From Vicinamibacterales bacterium (GTDB taxonomy: Bacteria > Acidobacteriota > Vicinamibacteria > Vicinamibacterales > UBA8438), in NCBI GenBank assembly GCA_965116845.1, contig OZ220728.1, positions 3,970,309 through 4,034,308 of the forward strand: a stretch of 64,000 bases of DNA. The letters are read 5' to 3'. Numbering within the stretch: position 1 is the first letter of the stretch; each line of letters begins with the position of its first letter. Of the stretch, positions 41,861 to 51,596 are shown piece after piece. The notes under the pieces were generated by a model. It ran no database searches. It was not told the DNA's origin and worked only from the letters and a program-made list of their open reading frames with translations. The translations under genes were made by a program, and so were the position numbers.

Positions 41861-44302
41861 ATGCCCGTCCGACATCCCCGGCTCCGGTGCGCTTCGCGTC
41901 ACACCGATGGTGCCGCGCGCCGTGGCGTCACCGTCCTGGGCGTTGCCCTCGCCGGCGTGCTCGCTGCGGCGCCGGCCGCGACCGCGCAGACCGTCGCCGA
42001 CGATCCGGCGGCGTCGGCCGGCACCACGGCCGGCGTTCCGGCTCCGGCCTCCGCCACCGCGCCCGGGGTGCCCATCGACGACCCGCCGCCTCCCGTCCCG
42101 CCGGCGGTGGTGACCCGCGACGGCGGGCGGGCGACCGTGCGCGCCATCCGGCTGACGACGGGACTGCGCGTCGACGGGCGGCTCGACGAGCCCGTCTATA
42201 GCGAGGTGGCGCCGGTCTCGGAGTTCATCCAGCAGCTCCCCGACGAGGGCGCGCCGGCGACGGAGCGCACCGACGCCTGGGTGATGTTCGACGACGAGAA
42301 CTTCTACGTCTCGGGCCGTTGCTGGGACAGCGCCCCGCCGGGCGAGTGGGCGGGGACCGACATGCAGCGCGACTCGCGCAACATGCTGAACAACGACCTG
42401 TTCGGCTTTCTGATCGACACCTTCTACGACCGGCGCAACGCGCTGCTCTTCTACGCGAACCCGCTCGGGGGCTTCGTCGATCAGCAGATCACCAACGAGG
42501 GGAACCCGAACCGCGACTGGAACCCGGTGTGGGACGTCAGGACGGACCGCTTCGACGGCGGGTGGACGATCGAGATGGTCGTGCCGTTCAAGTCGCTGCG
42601 CTACCGGCCGACCCGCGACCAGGTCTGGGGCATCCAGCTCCGGCGCACCGTGATCCGCAAGAACGAGTGGGCCTACCTGACGCTGATCCCGATCTCGGCC
42701 GCCGGCTTCGGGGGTCGCGGCGGCGTCTTCCGGGTCTCGGCCGCGGGCACGCTGGTCGGGCTCGAGGCACCGCCCGCCGGCCGTCCGCTCGAGCTGAAGC
42801 CGTACGCCATCGGCGGCGTGGCGACCGACCTCGGTGCCCGGCCGCCGGCGCGCACGGAGGGCGACGGCGCGTTCGGCGTCGACCTCAAGTACGGGATCAC
42901 GGAGAACCTGACCGCCGACTTCACCTACAACACCGACTTCGCCCAGGTGGAAGTGGACGAGCAGCAGGTGAACCTGACCCGCTTCAACCTCTTCTTCCCC
43001 GAGAAGCGCGAGTTTTTCCTCGAGGGCCGCGGCATCTTCAGCTTCGCGCGCGGGAGCTTCCGCACGGCCCGCAGCCTGCGGCAGGAGAGCGTGCTCGGCG
43101 GAGGCGATGCCCCGACGCTCTTCTACAGCCGCCGCATCGGCCTGCGCGGCTCCCAGGTGGTGCCGATCCTCGGCGGGGGGCGCGTGACGGGCAAGGTCGG
43201 ACCGTTCGACGTCGGCGCGCTGGCCATCCGGACCGACGACGAGAGCGGCACGACGGCCGACGACACCGCGTTCACCGTGCTGCGCGTCAAGCGCGACCTC
43301 CTGCGGCGCAGCAGCATCGGCGCCATCGTCACGCACCGCACCCGCTCGCTCGACGGCGCCGGAACCAACGCGGCCTTCGGCGCCGACGCCAGCTTCTCGT
43401 TCTTCGACGACCTGAACCTTCTGGGCTACTACGCGCGCACGCGCACCACCGGCCGCCGCGGCCGCGACGCGAGCTACCAGGCCCGGCTGGACTACGGCGG
43501 CGACCGCTACGGTCTCGAGCTCGACCACCTCCTGGTGGAGAGGAACTTCAGGCCCGAGGTCGGCTTCCTGCGCCGCGACAACTTCCGCCGCACGTCGGTC
43601 TCGGGCCGCTTCAGCCCCCGGCCGGGGTCGATCGAATCGGTGCGGCAGTTCGTCCTCGAGGCGAGCCTCGACTACTTCCTGACCGCCGACACCGGTCGCC
43701 TGGAGACCCGCCAGACGCAGATCGCCTTCCAGACCGAGCTCGAGAACAGCGACCAGTTCGGCGTGCGGCTGAGCGACAGCTACGAGCTGCTGCTCGAGCC
43801 GTTCTCGCCGTCCGGCGGCGCGACTGCCGTCCCGGTGGGAGGCTACGACTTCCGCGACGTGCGGCTGACGTATCGGCTCGGCCCGGGGCGACCGCTGATC
43901 GGAAGCGTGGAGGTGGCCAGCGGCGGCTACTTCGGGGGCCGCCTCACGTCGGTCGACCTCAACCGCGGGCGCGTCGACCTCTCCCCGCGCGTCTCGATCG
44001 AGCCAAGCCTGTCGCTCAACTGGATCGATCTGCCGGCGGGCTCGTTCCGCACCGACCTGCTCCGCGGGCGCGTCACCTACACCTTCACGCCGCGGACCTT
44101 CGCCAGCAGCCTGTTCCAGTACAACTCCACCACCCGGACGCTCGGCGCCAACCTGCGCCTGCGCTGGGAGTACTCCCCGGGAAGCGAGCTCTTCGTCGTC
44201 TACACGGAGGAGCAGGAGCTCGACCCGTTGCGCCCGAGCCGCTCGCTGGCGCTCCGCAACCGCGCGTTCGTGGTGAAGATCAACCGCCTGTTCCGGTTCT
44301 GA
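41861..44302 (+). CDS. CBM9-like / DUF5916-type outer-membrane protein
   Basis: ATG 41861; signal peptide ...AAPAATAQ; IRLTTGLRVDGRLDEPVYSEVAPVSEFIQQLPDEGAPATERTDAWVMFDDENFYVSGRCWD, then a long beta-rich region ending ...KINRLFRF. Confidence 0.65.
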   Translation: MPVRHPRLRCASRHTDGAARRGVTVLGVALAGVLAAAPAATAQTVADDPAASAGTTAGVPAPASATAPGVPIDDPPPPVPPAVVTRDGGRATVRAIRLTTGLRVDGRLDEPVYSEVAPVSEFIQQLPDEGAPATERTDAWVMFDDENFYVSGRCWDSAPPGEWAGTDMQRDSRNMLNNDLFGFLIDTFYDRRNALLFYANPLGGFVDQQITNEGNPNRDWNPVWDVRTDRFDGGWTIEMVVPFKSLRYRPTRDQVWGIQLRRTVIRKNEWAYLTLIPISAAGFGGRGGVFRVSAAGTLVGLEAPPAGRPLELKPYAIGGVATDLGARPPARTEGDGAFGVDLKYGITENLTADFTYNTDFAQVEVDEQQVNLTRFNLFFPEKREFFLEGRGIFSFARGSFRTARSLRQESVLGGGDAPTLFYSRRIGLRGSQVVPILGGGRVTGKVGPFDVGALAIRTDDESGTTADDTAFTVLRVKRDLLRRSSIGAIVTHRTRSLDGAGTNAAFGADASFSFFDDLNLLGYYARTRTTGRRGRDASYQARLDYGGDRYGLELDHLLVERNFRPEVGFLRRDNFRRTSVSGRFSPRPGSIESVRQFVLEASLDYFLTADTGRLETRQTQIAFQTELENSDQFGVRLSDSYELLLEPFSPSGGATAVPVGGYDFRDVRLTYRLGPGRPLIGSVEVASGGYFGGRLTSVDLNRGRVDLSPRVSIEPSLSLNWIDLPAGSFRTDLLRGRVTYTFTPRTFASSLFQYNSTTRTLGANLRLRWEYSPGSELFVVYTEEQELDPLRPSRSLALRNRAFVVKINRLFRF

Positions 44303-44536
44303 CGGCGGCCGTCCGTCGATCCTCCACGAGCAGGTGGGCCAGCGACGGTGGAGACATCATGCACGGCCCGCAGGCGAGCCGGGGCCAGCTCAACTGCGGC
44401 TCAAGGTATGTCACCGGTCGCCGCGGGCGAGAGTTTGCGGCGCCATCTCCTTGTGGCGCGCTCTCGTTTCGGCGCACCCGCCGCGCGGCGCGGCGGTCCG
44501 GGCTATAGTCGGGGACGCGGATTGAACGAGGTAGCC

Positions 44537-46255
44537 ATGACCATGCAGACCCTCCCAAGTGCGCGCGGGCAACGGCGTTTCGTCACGCGGATGGGCGCCG
44601 TCCTGGCGGCCCTGCTCTGCATCGGCCTGTGCGTCGGCGGGACGACGGCCCAGGCCCAGGAGCGGGACTTCGAGCCGGTCACCGACGCGATGCTGCAGGA
44701 TCCCGATCCCGCCGACTGGCTGAACTGGCGGCGGACGCTAGACGGTTGGGGCTACAGCCCGCTGGACCAGATCGACCGCGGCAACGTCCACGAGCTGCAG
44801 CTCGTCTGGGGGTGGCCGATCGGGCGCGGCCTCAGCCAGCCGACGCCGCTCGTCTACGACGGCGTGATGTACATCCCGAGTCCGCGCAACGTGGTCCAGG
44901 CCGTCGACGCCGACACCGGGGACCGCATCTGGGAGTACGGGCGGGACTTCGAGGCCGCCGAGGCGCTCGAAGCGGTCGGGGCCGGCATGCGGACGCGCTC
45001 GATCGCGATCTACGGCGACAAGATCTACATCAACACGTCTGACGCCCACATGGTGGCGCTCGACGCCCGCACCGGTGAGGTCGCCTGGGACCACGCCGTC
45101 GCCGACTACCGCCTGGGCTATCGCTACACGAGCGGCCCCATCGTGGTCGCGGGCAGGATCGTGGCCGGCATGACCGGCTGCCAGAACTACAAGAACGACG
45201 TCTGCTTCATCTCCGCCCACGACCCGGAGACGGGCGAGGAGGTCTGGCGCACGTCGACCATCGCGCGGCCCGGCGAGCCGGGCGGCGACACCTGGGGCGA
45301 CCTGCCGCTGACCTTCCGGGCGGGGGCCGACTCCTGGATTCCGGGCAGCTACGACCCGGAGACGAACCTCACCTTCTGGTCGACGTCGCAGGCCAAGCCG
45401 TGGGCTCGCGTCTCACGCAAGACGGATGGCGATGCCCTCTACACGAACAGCGTGCTCGCTCTCGATCCGGCGACCGGCGAAATGGAGTGGTACTTCCAGT
45501 TCGTGCCGGGCGAGACCCACGACCTCGACGACGTGTTCGAAAGCGTGTTGATCGACCACCGGGGCCGGCGCTCGCTCTTCAAGATGGGCAAGCACGGCAT
45601 CCTGTGGGAGCTCGATCGTGCGACCGGCGCCTTCGTCGCCGCGCACGACCTGGGCTACCAGGACGTCCTGGACGTCGACCCGGGCACCGGCGAGGTCACC
45701 TACCGGCCCGAGATGATCCCGGTCGCCGGCGTCGAGCTCGCGTTCTGCCCCGACTTCGGCGGCATCCGCAACTGGCGGGCCAGCGCCTACCACCCCGAGA
45801 CGCAGTTGCTCTACATCCCGATCCACCCGACCTGCGTGCGCGGCATGTTCACCGAGCTGGAGCAGGTCGAAGGCAACGACTACTACGCCAACCGCGGCTG
45901 GCTCTCCCGCGGCAGCACGGTCCACCCGGCCAGCGGCGAGCACGCCGGCCACCTGATCGCCATGGACATCGACACCGGCCAGATCCGCTGGCGCCACTCG
46001 ACGGCGACCCGCCCCAGCACCGCGGCCCTCACCACGGCCGGCGGCCTCGTCGTTTCCGCCGACAGCAACCGGCACCTGTTCATCCACGACGTCGACGACG
46101 GCGCCGTCCTCTTCGAGACGCGCCTACCCGCGTCGGCCCAGGGCTTCCCCATCACCTACGCGGTCGACGGACGCCAGTACCTGGCCGTCCCCGTGGGCGG
46201 GGACCGGACCAACGCCATCTACGTCTTCGCGCTTCCCGAAGGGAGGACGCCATGA
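44537..46255 (+). CDS. PQQ-dependent dehydrogenase (quinoprotein beta-propeller)
   Basis: ATG 44537; signal peptide; PADWLNWRRTLDGWGYSPLDQI, repeated W-motif propeller blades, typical quinoprotein ADH-like N-terminus. Confidence 0.8.
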   Translation: MTMQTLPSARGQRRFVTRMGAVLAALLCIGLCVGGTTAQAQERDFEPVTDAMLQDPDPADWLNWRRTLDGWGYSPLDQIDRGNVHELQLVWGWPIGRGLSQPTPLVYDGVMYIPSPRNVVQAVDADTGDRIWEYGRDFEAAEALEAVGAGMRTRSIAIYGDKIYINTSDAHMVALDARTGEVAWDHAVADYRLGYRYTSGPIVVAGRIVAGMTGCQNYKNDVCFISAHDPETGEEVWRTSTIARPGEPGGDTWGDLPLTFRAGADSWIPGSYDPETNLTFWSTSQAKPWARVSRKTDGDALYTNSVLALDPATGEMEWYFQFVPGETHDLDDVFESVLIDHRGRRSLFKMGKHGILWELDRATGAFVAAHDLGYQDVLDVDPGTGEVTYRPEMIPVAGVELAFCPDFGGIRNWRASAYHPETQLLYIPIHPTCVRGMFTELEQVEGNDYYANRGWLSRGSTVHPASGEHAGHLIAMDIDTGQIRWRHSTATRPSTAALTTAGGLVVSADSNRHLFIHDVDDGAVLFETRLPASAQGFPITYAVDGRQYLAVPVGGDRTNAIYVFALPEGRTP

Positions 46256-46959
46256 CCGCGGCCCGCATCGGCACCTGGGGGGCACTCGCCGGGAGCGCCG
46301 CCGTCTTCATCGCTCCCCTCGGCCATCGGATTGGGCTCCTGCCCCTGGGGCTTTCGTTCGCCCTCGTGGCGCTCGGCTTCCTGACCTTGGTCGTAGGGGC
46401 GCTGCTGCTGATCGTCGCGGCGTTGAGGCGGAGAATTCCCGCAGGCACGGAGCGGCTCGCCTACGGAGCGCTGGCCGCGGCGGTGATCGTCAGCCTCGTT
46501 CCGCTCTCCGCTCTCATCTCCGGCGGCGGGGCACCGCCCATTCACGACATCACGACGGACACGGAGAACCCGCCAGCGTTCGTTGCCGCAGTGGCATTGA
46601 ACGAGCCGGGACGGACGGACTACGAGGGCGAGGCCATCGCCGAGCAGCAGCGGGCCGCCTATCCGGACATCGGGCCGGTCATGCTGGCGGCGGATACGGA
46701 TGCCGCCTTCGAGCAGGCGCTCGCGGCGGTCGAGGGGTTGGGTTGGGAGATTCTGGACAGCGACGCTGCTGCCGGTCGGATCGAGGCGACCGACCGGACT
46801 TTCTGGTTCGGCTTCGCTGATGATGTTGTGGTCCGGATCACCGACGGGGGCGACGGCGACTCGCGGGTGGACGTGCGTTCTCTGTCGCGCGTTGGGGTTG
46901 GAGACCTCCGGGCCAACGCCAGCCGCGTTCGCGAGCTCCTAGCCGCGCTGGCGCAGTGA
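46252..46959 (+). CDS. DUF1499-like membrane-anchored protein
   Basis: The ATG overlaps the upstream stop (ATGA); three TM segments, then IHDITTDTENPPAF...FADDVVVRI...SRVDVRSLSRVGVGDLRANASRVRELL. Confidence 0.6.
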   Translation: MTAARIGTWGALAGSAAVFIAPLGHRIGLLPLGLSFALVALGFLTLVVGALLLIVAALRRRIPAGTERLAYGALAAAVIVSLVPLSALISGGGAPPIHDITTDTENPPAFVAAVALNEPGRTDYEGEAIAEQQRAAYPDIGPVMLAADTDAAFEQALAAVEGLGWEILDSDAAAGRIEATDRTFWFGFADDVVVRITDGGDGDSRVDVRSLSRVGVGDLRANASRVRELLAALAQ

Positions 46960-47049
46960 CGCTCCGGCCGTACTCACCACCTGACCCCAAGTCTCGCCGC
47001 TGCTCACGTGCAAGTACCTTCTGTTGTAATCGTTTCCATCGCGCTGGCG

Positions 47050-47468
47050 AGAAGAACTTTCATCGACTTCTCCGGCAAGCGGCCCAGCCTACTCGACCGC
47101 CGTACGGGGGCGCGGCGGCGCGTTGAGCTGTTCGTCGCCGTGCTCGGCGCCAGCCGCTTCACCTACGCCGAGGCGACCGCAATCGCACCAACTGCCCGAT
47201 TGGATTCCCACCCACACCCGCATCGTCCCGTACTTCGGGGGCTCGACCGCCCCGTGGGTCCCCGACCAGATCAAGAGCGCCATCACGCGGCCTCGCCGGG
47301 TACGAGCCGGACGTCAACCGGACCTACGAGGACCTCGCTGCCCAGTACAGCGCGGTCGTGGTCCCGGCACGCCCCAGGAAATCGCGGGAGAAGGGTGCCG
47401 TCGAAAGCGCCGTACTCGTAGCGCAGCGGTGGATCCTGACCCCGCTCCGCGACCAGACCTTCACGCTC
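47050..47468 (+). pseudogene. Older IS21-family istA fragment, frameshifted and interrupted by the intact IS21
   Basis: FIDFSGKRPSLLDRRTGARRRVELFVAVLGASRFTYAEAT / DWIPTHTRIVPYFGGSTAPWVPDQIKSAIT / YEDLAAQYSAVVVPARPRKSREKGAVESAVLVAQRWILTPLRDQTFTL; continues after 49864. Confidence 0.6.
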
Positions 47469-47542
47469 TGTCAGGCGACAGTGAAAACTGACCCCCTGGC
47501 GACACGAAAACTGACCCCCCTTGTCCAAGGAGGAGTCAGCGG

Positions 47543-48823
47543 ATGACGCGATGCGAAGATGTCGGCCCGTGGGCGGGGAGGCCACGGGCACAGACGATGA
47601 TGAAGTCCGACGAAGTGGAGGCGATGCTGCATCTGCACGCGCTCGGTTGGGGGTTGAAGCGGATCGCGCGGGAGTTCGGGTGCAGCAAGAACACGGTGCG
47701 GCGTTACGTGGCGGCCGAGGGCTGGATGGCGTATCAGCGGCGGGCCGGTGGCGGCAAGCTCGAGGACCAGGAGGGGTGGCTGCAGGAGCGCTTTCTGCGG
47801 CACCGGGGCAACGCGGAGGTGGTGCGCCAGGACCTGCTGCGGGAGCGGTCGATCGACGTGAGCCTGCGGACGGTGGAGCGAGCGGTCGCGCCATTCCGGC
47901 GGTTGCTGACGGCGGAGGCGCGGGCGACGGTGCGGTTCGAGACGCCGCCGGGACGACAGCTGCAGATCGATTTCGGTCAGGTGCGGGTGCCGATTTCGGA
48001 CGAGCGGGTGCGGGTGTACCTGTTCGTGGCGACGTTGGGCTATTCGCGGCGCTGCCACGTGGCGGCGTTCCGGCACGAGCGGCAGTCGTCGTGGTTCCGC
48101 GGCCTGGAGGGCGCGTTTCTGCACTTTGGCGGCGTGACGAAGGAGGTGCTGATCGACAACCCGCGGCCTTTGGTGCTCGACCACGACGCGGCCACCCGCG
48201 AGGTCGAGTTCAACGAGCGGTTCCTGGCGTTCGCCGCGTATTGGGGGTTCCGTCCGCGGGCCTGCGCGCCGTACCGGGCCCGGACGAAGGGGAAGGACGA
48301 GCGCGGTGTCGGCTATGTGAAGGGGAACGCCATTGCCGGCCATCGCTTCGAGAGCTGGGCGGGGATGGAGGCGCATCTGGCGTGGTGGCAGCGGGAGGTC
48401 GCGGACCGGCGGCGCCACGGCACGACCGGAGAAGTCCCGCTGCAGCGCTTCGCTCGGGAAGCGGAGTGCCTGCGCCCCTGTGCGGACCGGCCGCCGTTCG
48501 GCCAGTTACGGGACCTGATCCGGACGGTCCACGCCGACTGCGCGGTGGTCGTCGACACGAACGCGTACTCGGTGCCGTGGCGGCTGATCGGCGAACGCGT
48601 ACGGGTGGTCGTCAACGGCGGCCGGGTGCGCGTGCACCACGGGCCGGACGTCGTCGCGGAGCACGACGAGCACGCGGGGCGCCACGTGCGGGTCGTCGAC
48701 CGCGCTCACCTGGTCGGCGTCAACGGAGGCCCGCGCCCGGCCGAGGCGGAAGCGGCCCGGCCAACACCCGAGCTGCTGCGACCGCTCGACGAGTACGCGG
48801 CTGTCGCCGGGGGGCGTTTCTGA
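47543..48823 (+). CDS. istA: IS21 transposase IstA
   Basis: AAGGAGGAG RBS; HTH GLKRIAREFGCSKNTVRRY, DDE core QIDFGQ...YLFVATLGYSRR...VLIDNPR...YRARTKGKDERGV. Confidence 0.92.
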   Translation: MTRCEDVGPWAGRPRAQTMMKSDEVEAMLHLHALGWGLKRIAREFGCSKNTVRRYVAAEGWMAYQRRAGGGKLEDQEGWLQERFLRHRGNAEVVRQDLLRERSIDVSLRTVERAVAPFRRLLTAEARATVRFETPPGRQLQIDFGQVRVPISDERVRVYLFVATLGYSRRCHVAAFRHERQSSWFRGLEGAFLHFGGVTKEVLIDNPRPLVLDHDAATREVEFNERFLAFAAYWGFRPRACAPYRARTKGKDERGVGYVKGNAIAGHRFESWAGMEAHLAWWQREVADRRRHGTTGEVPLQRFAREAECLRPCADRPPFGQLRDLIRTVHADCAVVVDTNAYSVPWRLIGERVRVVVNGGRVRVHHGPDVVAEHDEHAGRHVRVVDRAHLVGVNGGPRPAEAEAARPTPELLRPLDEYAAVAGGRF

Positions 48824-49632
48824 TGGCCGGCGTGGACCATGACACGCTGGCCGGCTGGCTGACGCGGCTACAGCTGACCGCGATCCGCGACCAGCTCGAC
48901 AACCTGCTCGACGAGGCCGCGGAGCGGAAGCTGACGCTCCGCGAGTCGCTGGCGATGCTCGTCGAGCGGGAGGTGTCGCGCAAGAACGAGCGCCGCATCG
49001 AGATGGCGTTCAAGATCTCCCACTTCCCGATGGTCCGCGAGCTCGCCGACTTCGACTTCAAGGCGCAGCCGAGTGTCGACCGGCGCCAGGTACGGGAGCT
49101 GGCGACGTCGCGGTGGGTGGCACATGGCGATGCGCTTCTTGTCCTCGGGCCGCCCGGGGTCGGGAAATCGCATCTCGCGATCGCGCTCGGGCGCGAGGCG
49201 ATCCGGCAGAGCTACTCGGTGTTGTTCACGACAGCCCAGGCCCTGATGGCCGCGCTGGTCAAGGCGCACAGCGAGGGTCGGCTGGAAGACCGCCTGGCCT
49301 TCTACGCCAAGCCGAAGCTGCTCATCGTCGACGAGCTCGGCTACCTGCCCTTCGAGGCGCAGGCCGCGCACCTGTTCTTCCAGCTCGTCTCGCGGCGCTA
49401 CGAGCGCGGCAGCATCTTGATCACGTCGAACCGGTCGGTCGGCGAATGGGGCGAGGTGTTCGGCGACGCCGTGGTCGCCACCGCCATCCTCGACCGGCTG
49501 CTGCACCACAGCCACGTCCTGACGATCACCGGGGAGAGCTACCGGCTGCGAGAGAAGCGTCGCGCCGGCGCCCTCAAGATCCCGGCACCGAAGCCTCCGG
49601 CGCCGGAGACCCGCCCGCAGGCGTCGACATGA
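48823..49632 (+). CDS. istB: IS21 helper ATPase IstB
   Basis: The ATG overlaps the istA stop; Walker A GPPGVGKSH, Walker B LLIVDELGY, ITSNRSVGEW. Confidence 0.92.
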   Translation: MAGVDHDTLAGWLTRLQLTAIRDQLDNLLDEAAERKLTLRESLAMLVEREVSRKNERRIEMAFKISHFPMVRELADFDFKAQPSVDRRQVRELATSRWVAHGDALLVLGPPGVGKSHLAIALGREAIRQSYSVLFTTAQALMAALVKAHSEGRLEDRLAFYAKPKLLIVDELGYLPFEAQAAHLFFQLVSRRYERGSILITSNRSVGEWGEVFGDAVVATAILDRLLHHSHVLTITGESYRLREKRRAGALKIPAPKPPAPETRPQAST

Positions 49633-50257
49633 GCACTGCTGCGGGCGTCGTGTGGACGCTGCCACCGGCGTGGAAAACGCGCGGACACCGGAGCCAGGGG
49701 TTGCGTCAGGAGCGCGTTTTCCACCCCGGTTTGGACGGCACAGAACGCCGTCCACAGCCTCCACACCAGTCGAAGTTGTTGTTGACGTTGATCTACATTC
49801 ACCCTTTCTTCGGGGGTCAGTTTTCGATGTCGCCGGGGGGTCAATTTCGAGTGTCGCTTGACACGCTCGACGCGGCTGCGCCCGCACGCTATCCAGCTGA
49901 TCGCTCTCCTCGACGAGTACGGACCCCAGGAACCGGTAGCAGCGGTCGATCTCCTCCTCGAACGCGACGCCCTCGGCGCCGCCAACAGCCTGTGGAAGAA
50001 GTCTGTTCGCGGAGCAGCCTGTTCAGGCAGCCTGGCGATGGGCGAATGCGGTGACGAACGCCGCCGGTCTCCATTCGGGCCCCCAGACGCCCTCCAGACG
50101 CCCCCAGTGGCCGATCAGATGGTCGATCAGGCCCCGAATCGCCGAAAGAGCCCGCCCCTCCAGGCTCCGGGCCGTGCCAACGCCGGTCAGACAGCGCAGG
50201 AGTGAAGTTGCCCCGGTTTCGTGGACATCTATCCTTTGGGGAGGAGGAGCGTCCGCG

Positions 50258-50566
50258 ATGCCGAAGACGAGACCGCCGTACGCGGCGGAGTTCCGGCAGC
50301 AGATGGTGGACCTGGTTCGGGCGGGGCGAACGCCCGAGGACCTGGCTCGCGAGTTCGAGCCGTCGTCCCAGGCGATCCGGACCTGGGTGGCCCAGGCTGA
50401 CCGCGATGCCGGGAATCGCAGCGACGGGCTACGCACGGAGGAACGTGAAGAGCTGCGCCGGTTGCGCCGGGAGAACCGGCGGCTGCGCGAAGAACGAGAG
50501 ATATTGGCAAAGGCAACGGCCTGGTTCGCGCGGGAGACCCGACCCGGAAGGTCTACGGGTTCATGA
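50258..50566 (+). CDS. IS3 OrfA (HTH/leucine-zipper part of the transposase)
   Basis: MPKTRPPYAAEFRQQMVDLVRAGRTPEDLAREFEPSSQAIRTWV...EELRRLRRENRRLREEREILAKATAWFA. Confidence 0.88.
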   Translation: MPKTRPPYAAEFRQQMVDLVRAGRTPEDLAREFEPSSQAIRTWVAQADRDAGNRSDGLRTEEREELRRLRRENRRLREEREILAKATAWFARETRPGRSTGS

Positions 50567-51555
50567 GCGCGAACCAGGCGCGTTTTCGGGTCGCCGCGCT
50601 GGCCCGAGTGCTCGGTGTCTCCCCGAGCGGGTACTACGCGTGGCGTCGTCGTCCGCCGTCGACTCGGACACAGGCCGATGCCGAGCTCAAGGCACGGGTG
50701 CAGTCGATTCATCGTCGCAGCCGCGGGACGTACGGTGCTCCTCGGATTCACGCCGAGCTGACCGCCGACGGTGTCGCGGTGAGCCGCAAGCGGGTGGCCC
50801 GGGTGATGCAGTCCGCCGGCATCGCGGGGGTGAGCCGGCGCCGGGGCCCCCGCACGACGCGGCGAAATGTCCGGGCTCGGCCGGCGCCGGATCGGGTGGA
50901 GCGGCGCTTCGCGGCGGAGGCCCCGAATCGCCTTTGGGTCGCCGACATCACGTACATCCCGACACTGGCGGGCTTCCTGTATCTGGCTATCGTTCTCGAC
51001 GTCTTCAGCCGTCGGGTCGTGGGCTGGGCGATGGCGGGGCATCTTCGTACCACGCTGGTGGTCGAGGCGCTGGAGATGGCGGTGGCGCACCGGCGGCCGG
51101 AGGCGGTGATCCACCACTCCGACCAGGGCTGCCAGTACACGTCGCTGGCCTTCGGGGCTCGCTGCCGGGAGCGGGGCATCGCGCAGTCGATGGGCTCGGT
51201 GGGCGATTGCTTCGACAACGCGATGGCGGAGAGCTTCTTCGCGACGCTGGAGTGCGAGCTGCTGGACCGGACGAAGCTGTCGACACACGCGGAGGCGCGG
51301 GCGGCGGTGTTCGAGTTCATCGAGGGGTGGTACAACACGCGTCGCCGTCACTCGGCGCTCGGCTATCGGTCGCCCCTCGAGTTCGAGCGGCTCCACGAAG
51401 CCGGCCCTGTGGACGAATCTGTGGACAAATCTGTGGACGGTGCCCGGCCTGTGGACGCCCTGCGGGCGCCCACAAGTCCGTTGGATCCCGCGCTACGCGC
51501 GGGCTCCACACCGCCCACAGAAATCAATGTTGTTGATGTACACAGCACTCCGTGA
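50563..51555 (+). CDS. IS3 OrfB (DDE integrase-core part; -1 frame relative to OrfA)
   Basis: YGAPRIHAEL, WVADITYIPT, IHHSDQGCQYTS, GDCFDNAMAESFFATLE, YNTRRRHSALGY. Confidence 0.9.
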   Translation: MSANQARFRVAALARVLGVSPSGYYAWRRRPPSTRTQADAELKARVQSIHRRSRGTYGAPRIHAELTADGVAVSRKRVARVMQSAGIAGVSRRRGPRTTRRNVRARPAPDRVERRFAAEAPNRLWVADITYIPTLAGFLYLAIVLDVFSRRVVGWAMAGHLRTTLVVEALEMAVAHRRPEAVIHHSDQGCQYTSLAFGARCRERGIAQSMGSVGDCFDNAMAESFFATLECELLDRTKLSTHAEARAAVFEFIEGWYNTRRRHSALGYRSPLEFERLHEAGPVDESVDKSVDGARPVDALRAPTSPLDPALRAGSTPPTEINVVDVHSTP

Positions 51556-51596
51556 ATCGAAAGCGTTAACCTGTCCACGAGATCGGGGCAACCTCA

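Larger units (their letters stand above)
47469..49863 (+). mobile_element. Intact IS21-family insertion sequence with 5-bp target duplication CGCTC
   Basis: Ends TGTCAGGCGACAGTGAAAACTGACCCCC... and ...GGGGGGTCAATTTCGAGTGTCGCTTGACA, with internal repeated GACA(C/T)CGAAAACTGACCCCC sites; CGCTC at 47464..47468 and 49864..49868. Confidence 0.88.
50203..51596 (+). mobile_element. IS3-family insertion sequence with 3-bp target duplication GAG
   Basis: IRL TGAAGTTGCCCCGGTTTCGTGGACA vs reverse complement of IRR TGAGGTTGCCCCGATCTCGTGGACA; GAG at 50200..50202 and 51597..51599. Confidence 0.88.

Noticed and set aside
39926-43528. 1200-aa minus-strand ORF spanning two divergent genes
   Set aside because: It crosses the divergent intergenic region between the sulfatase-like gene and the CBM9/DUF5916 gene. 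The translation is R/G/A-rich with no recognisable domains, while the other frames carry clear domain signatures.
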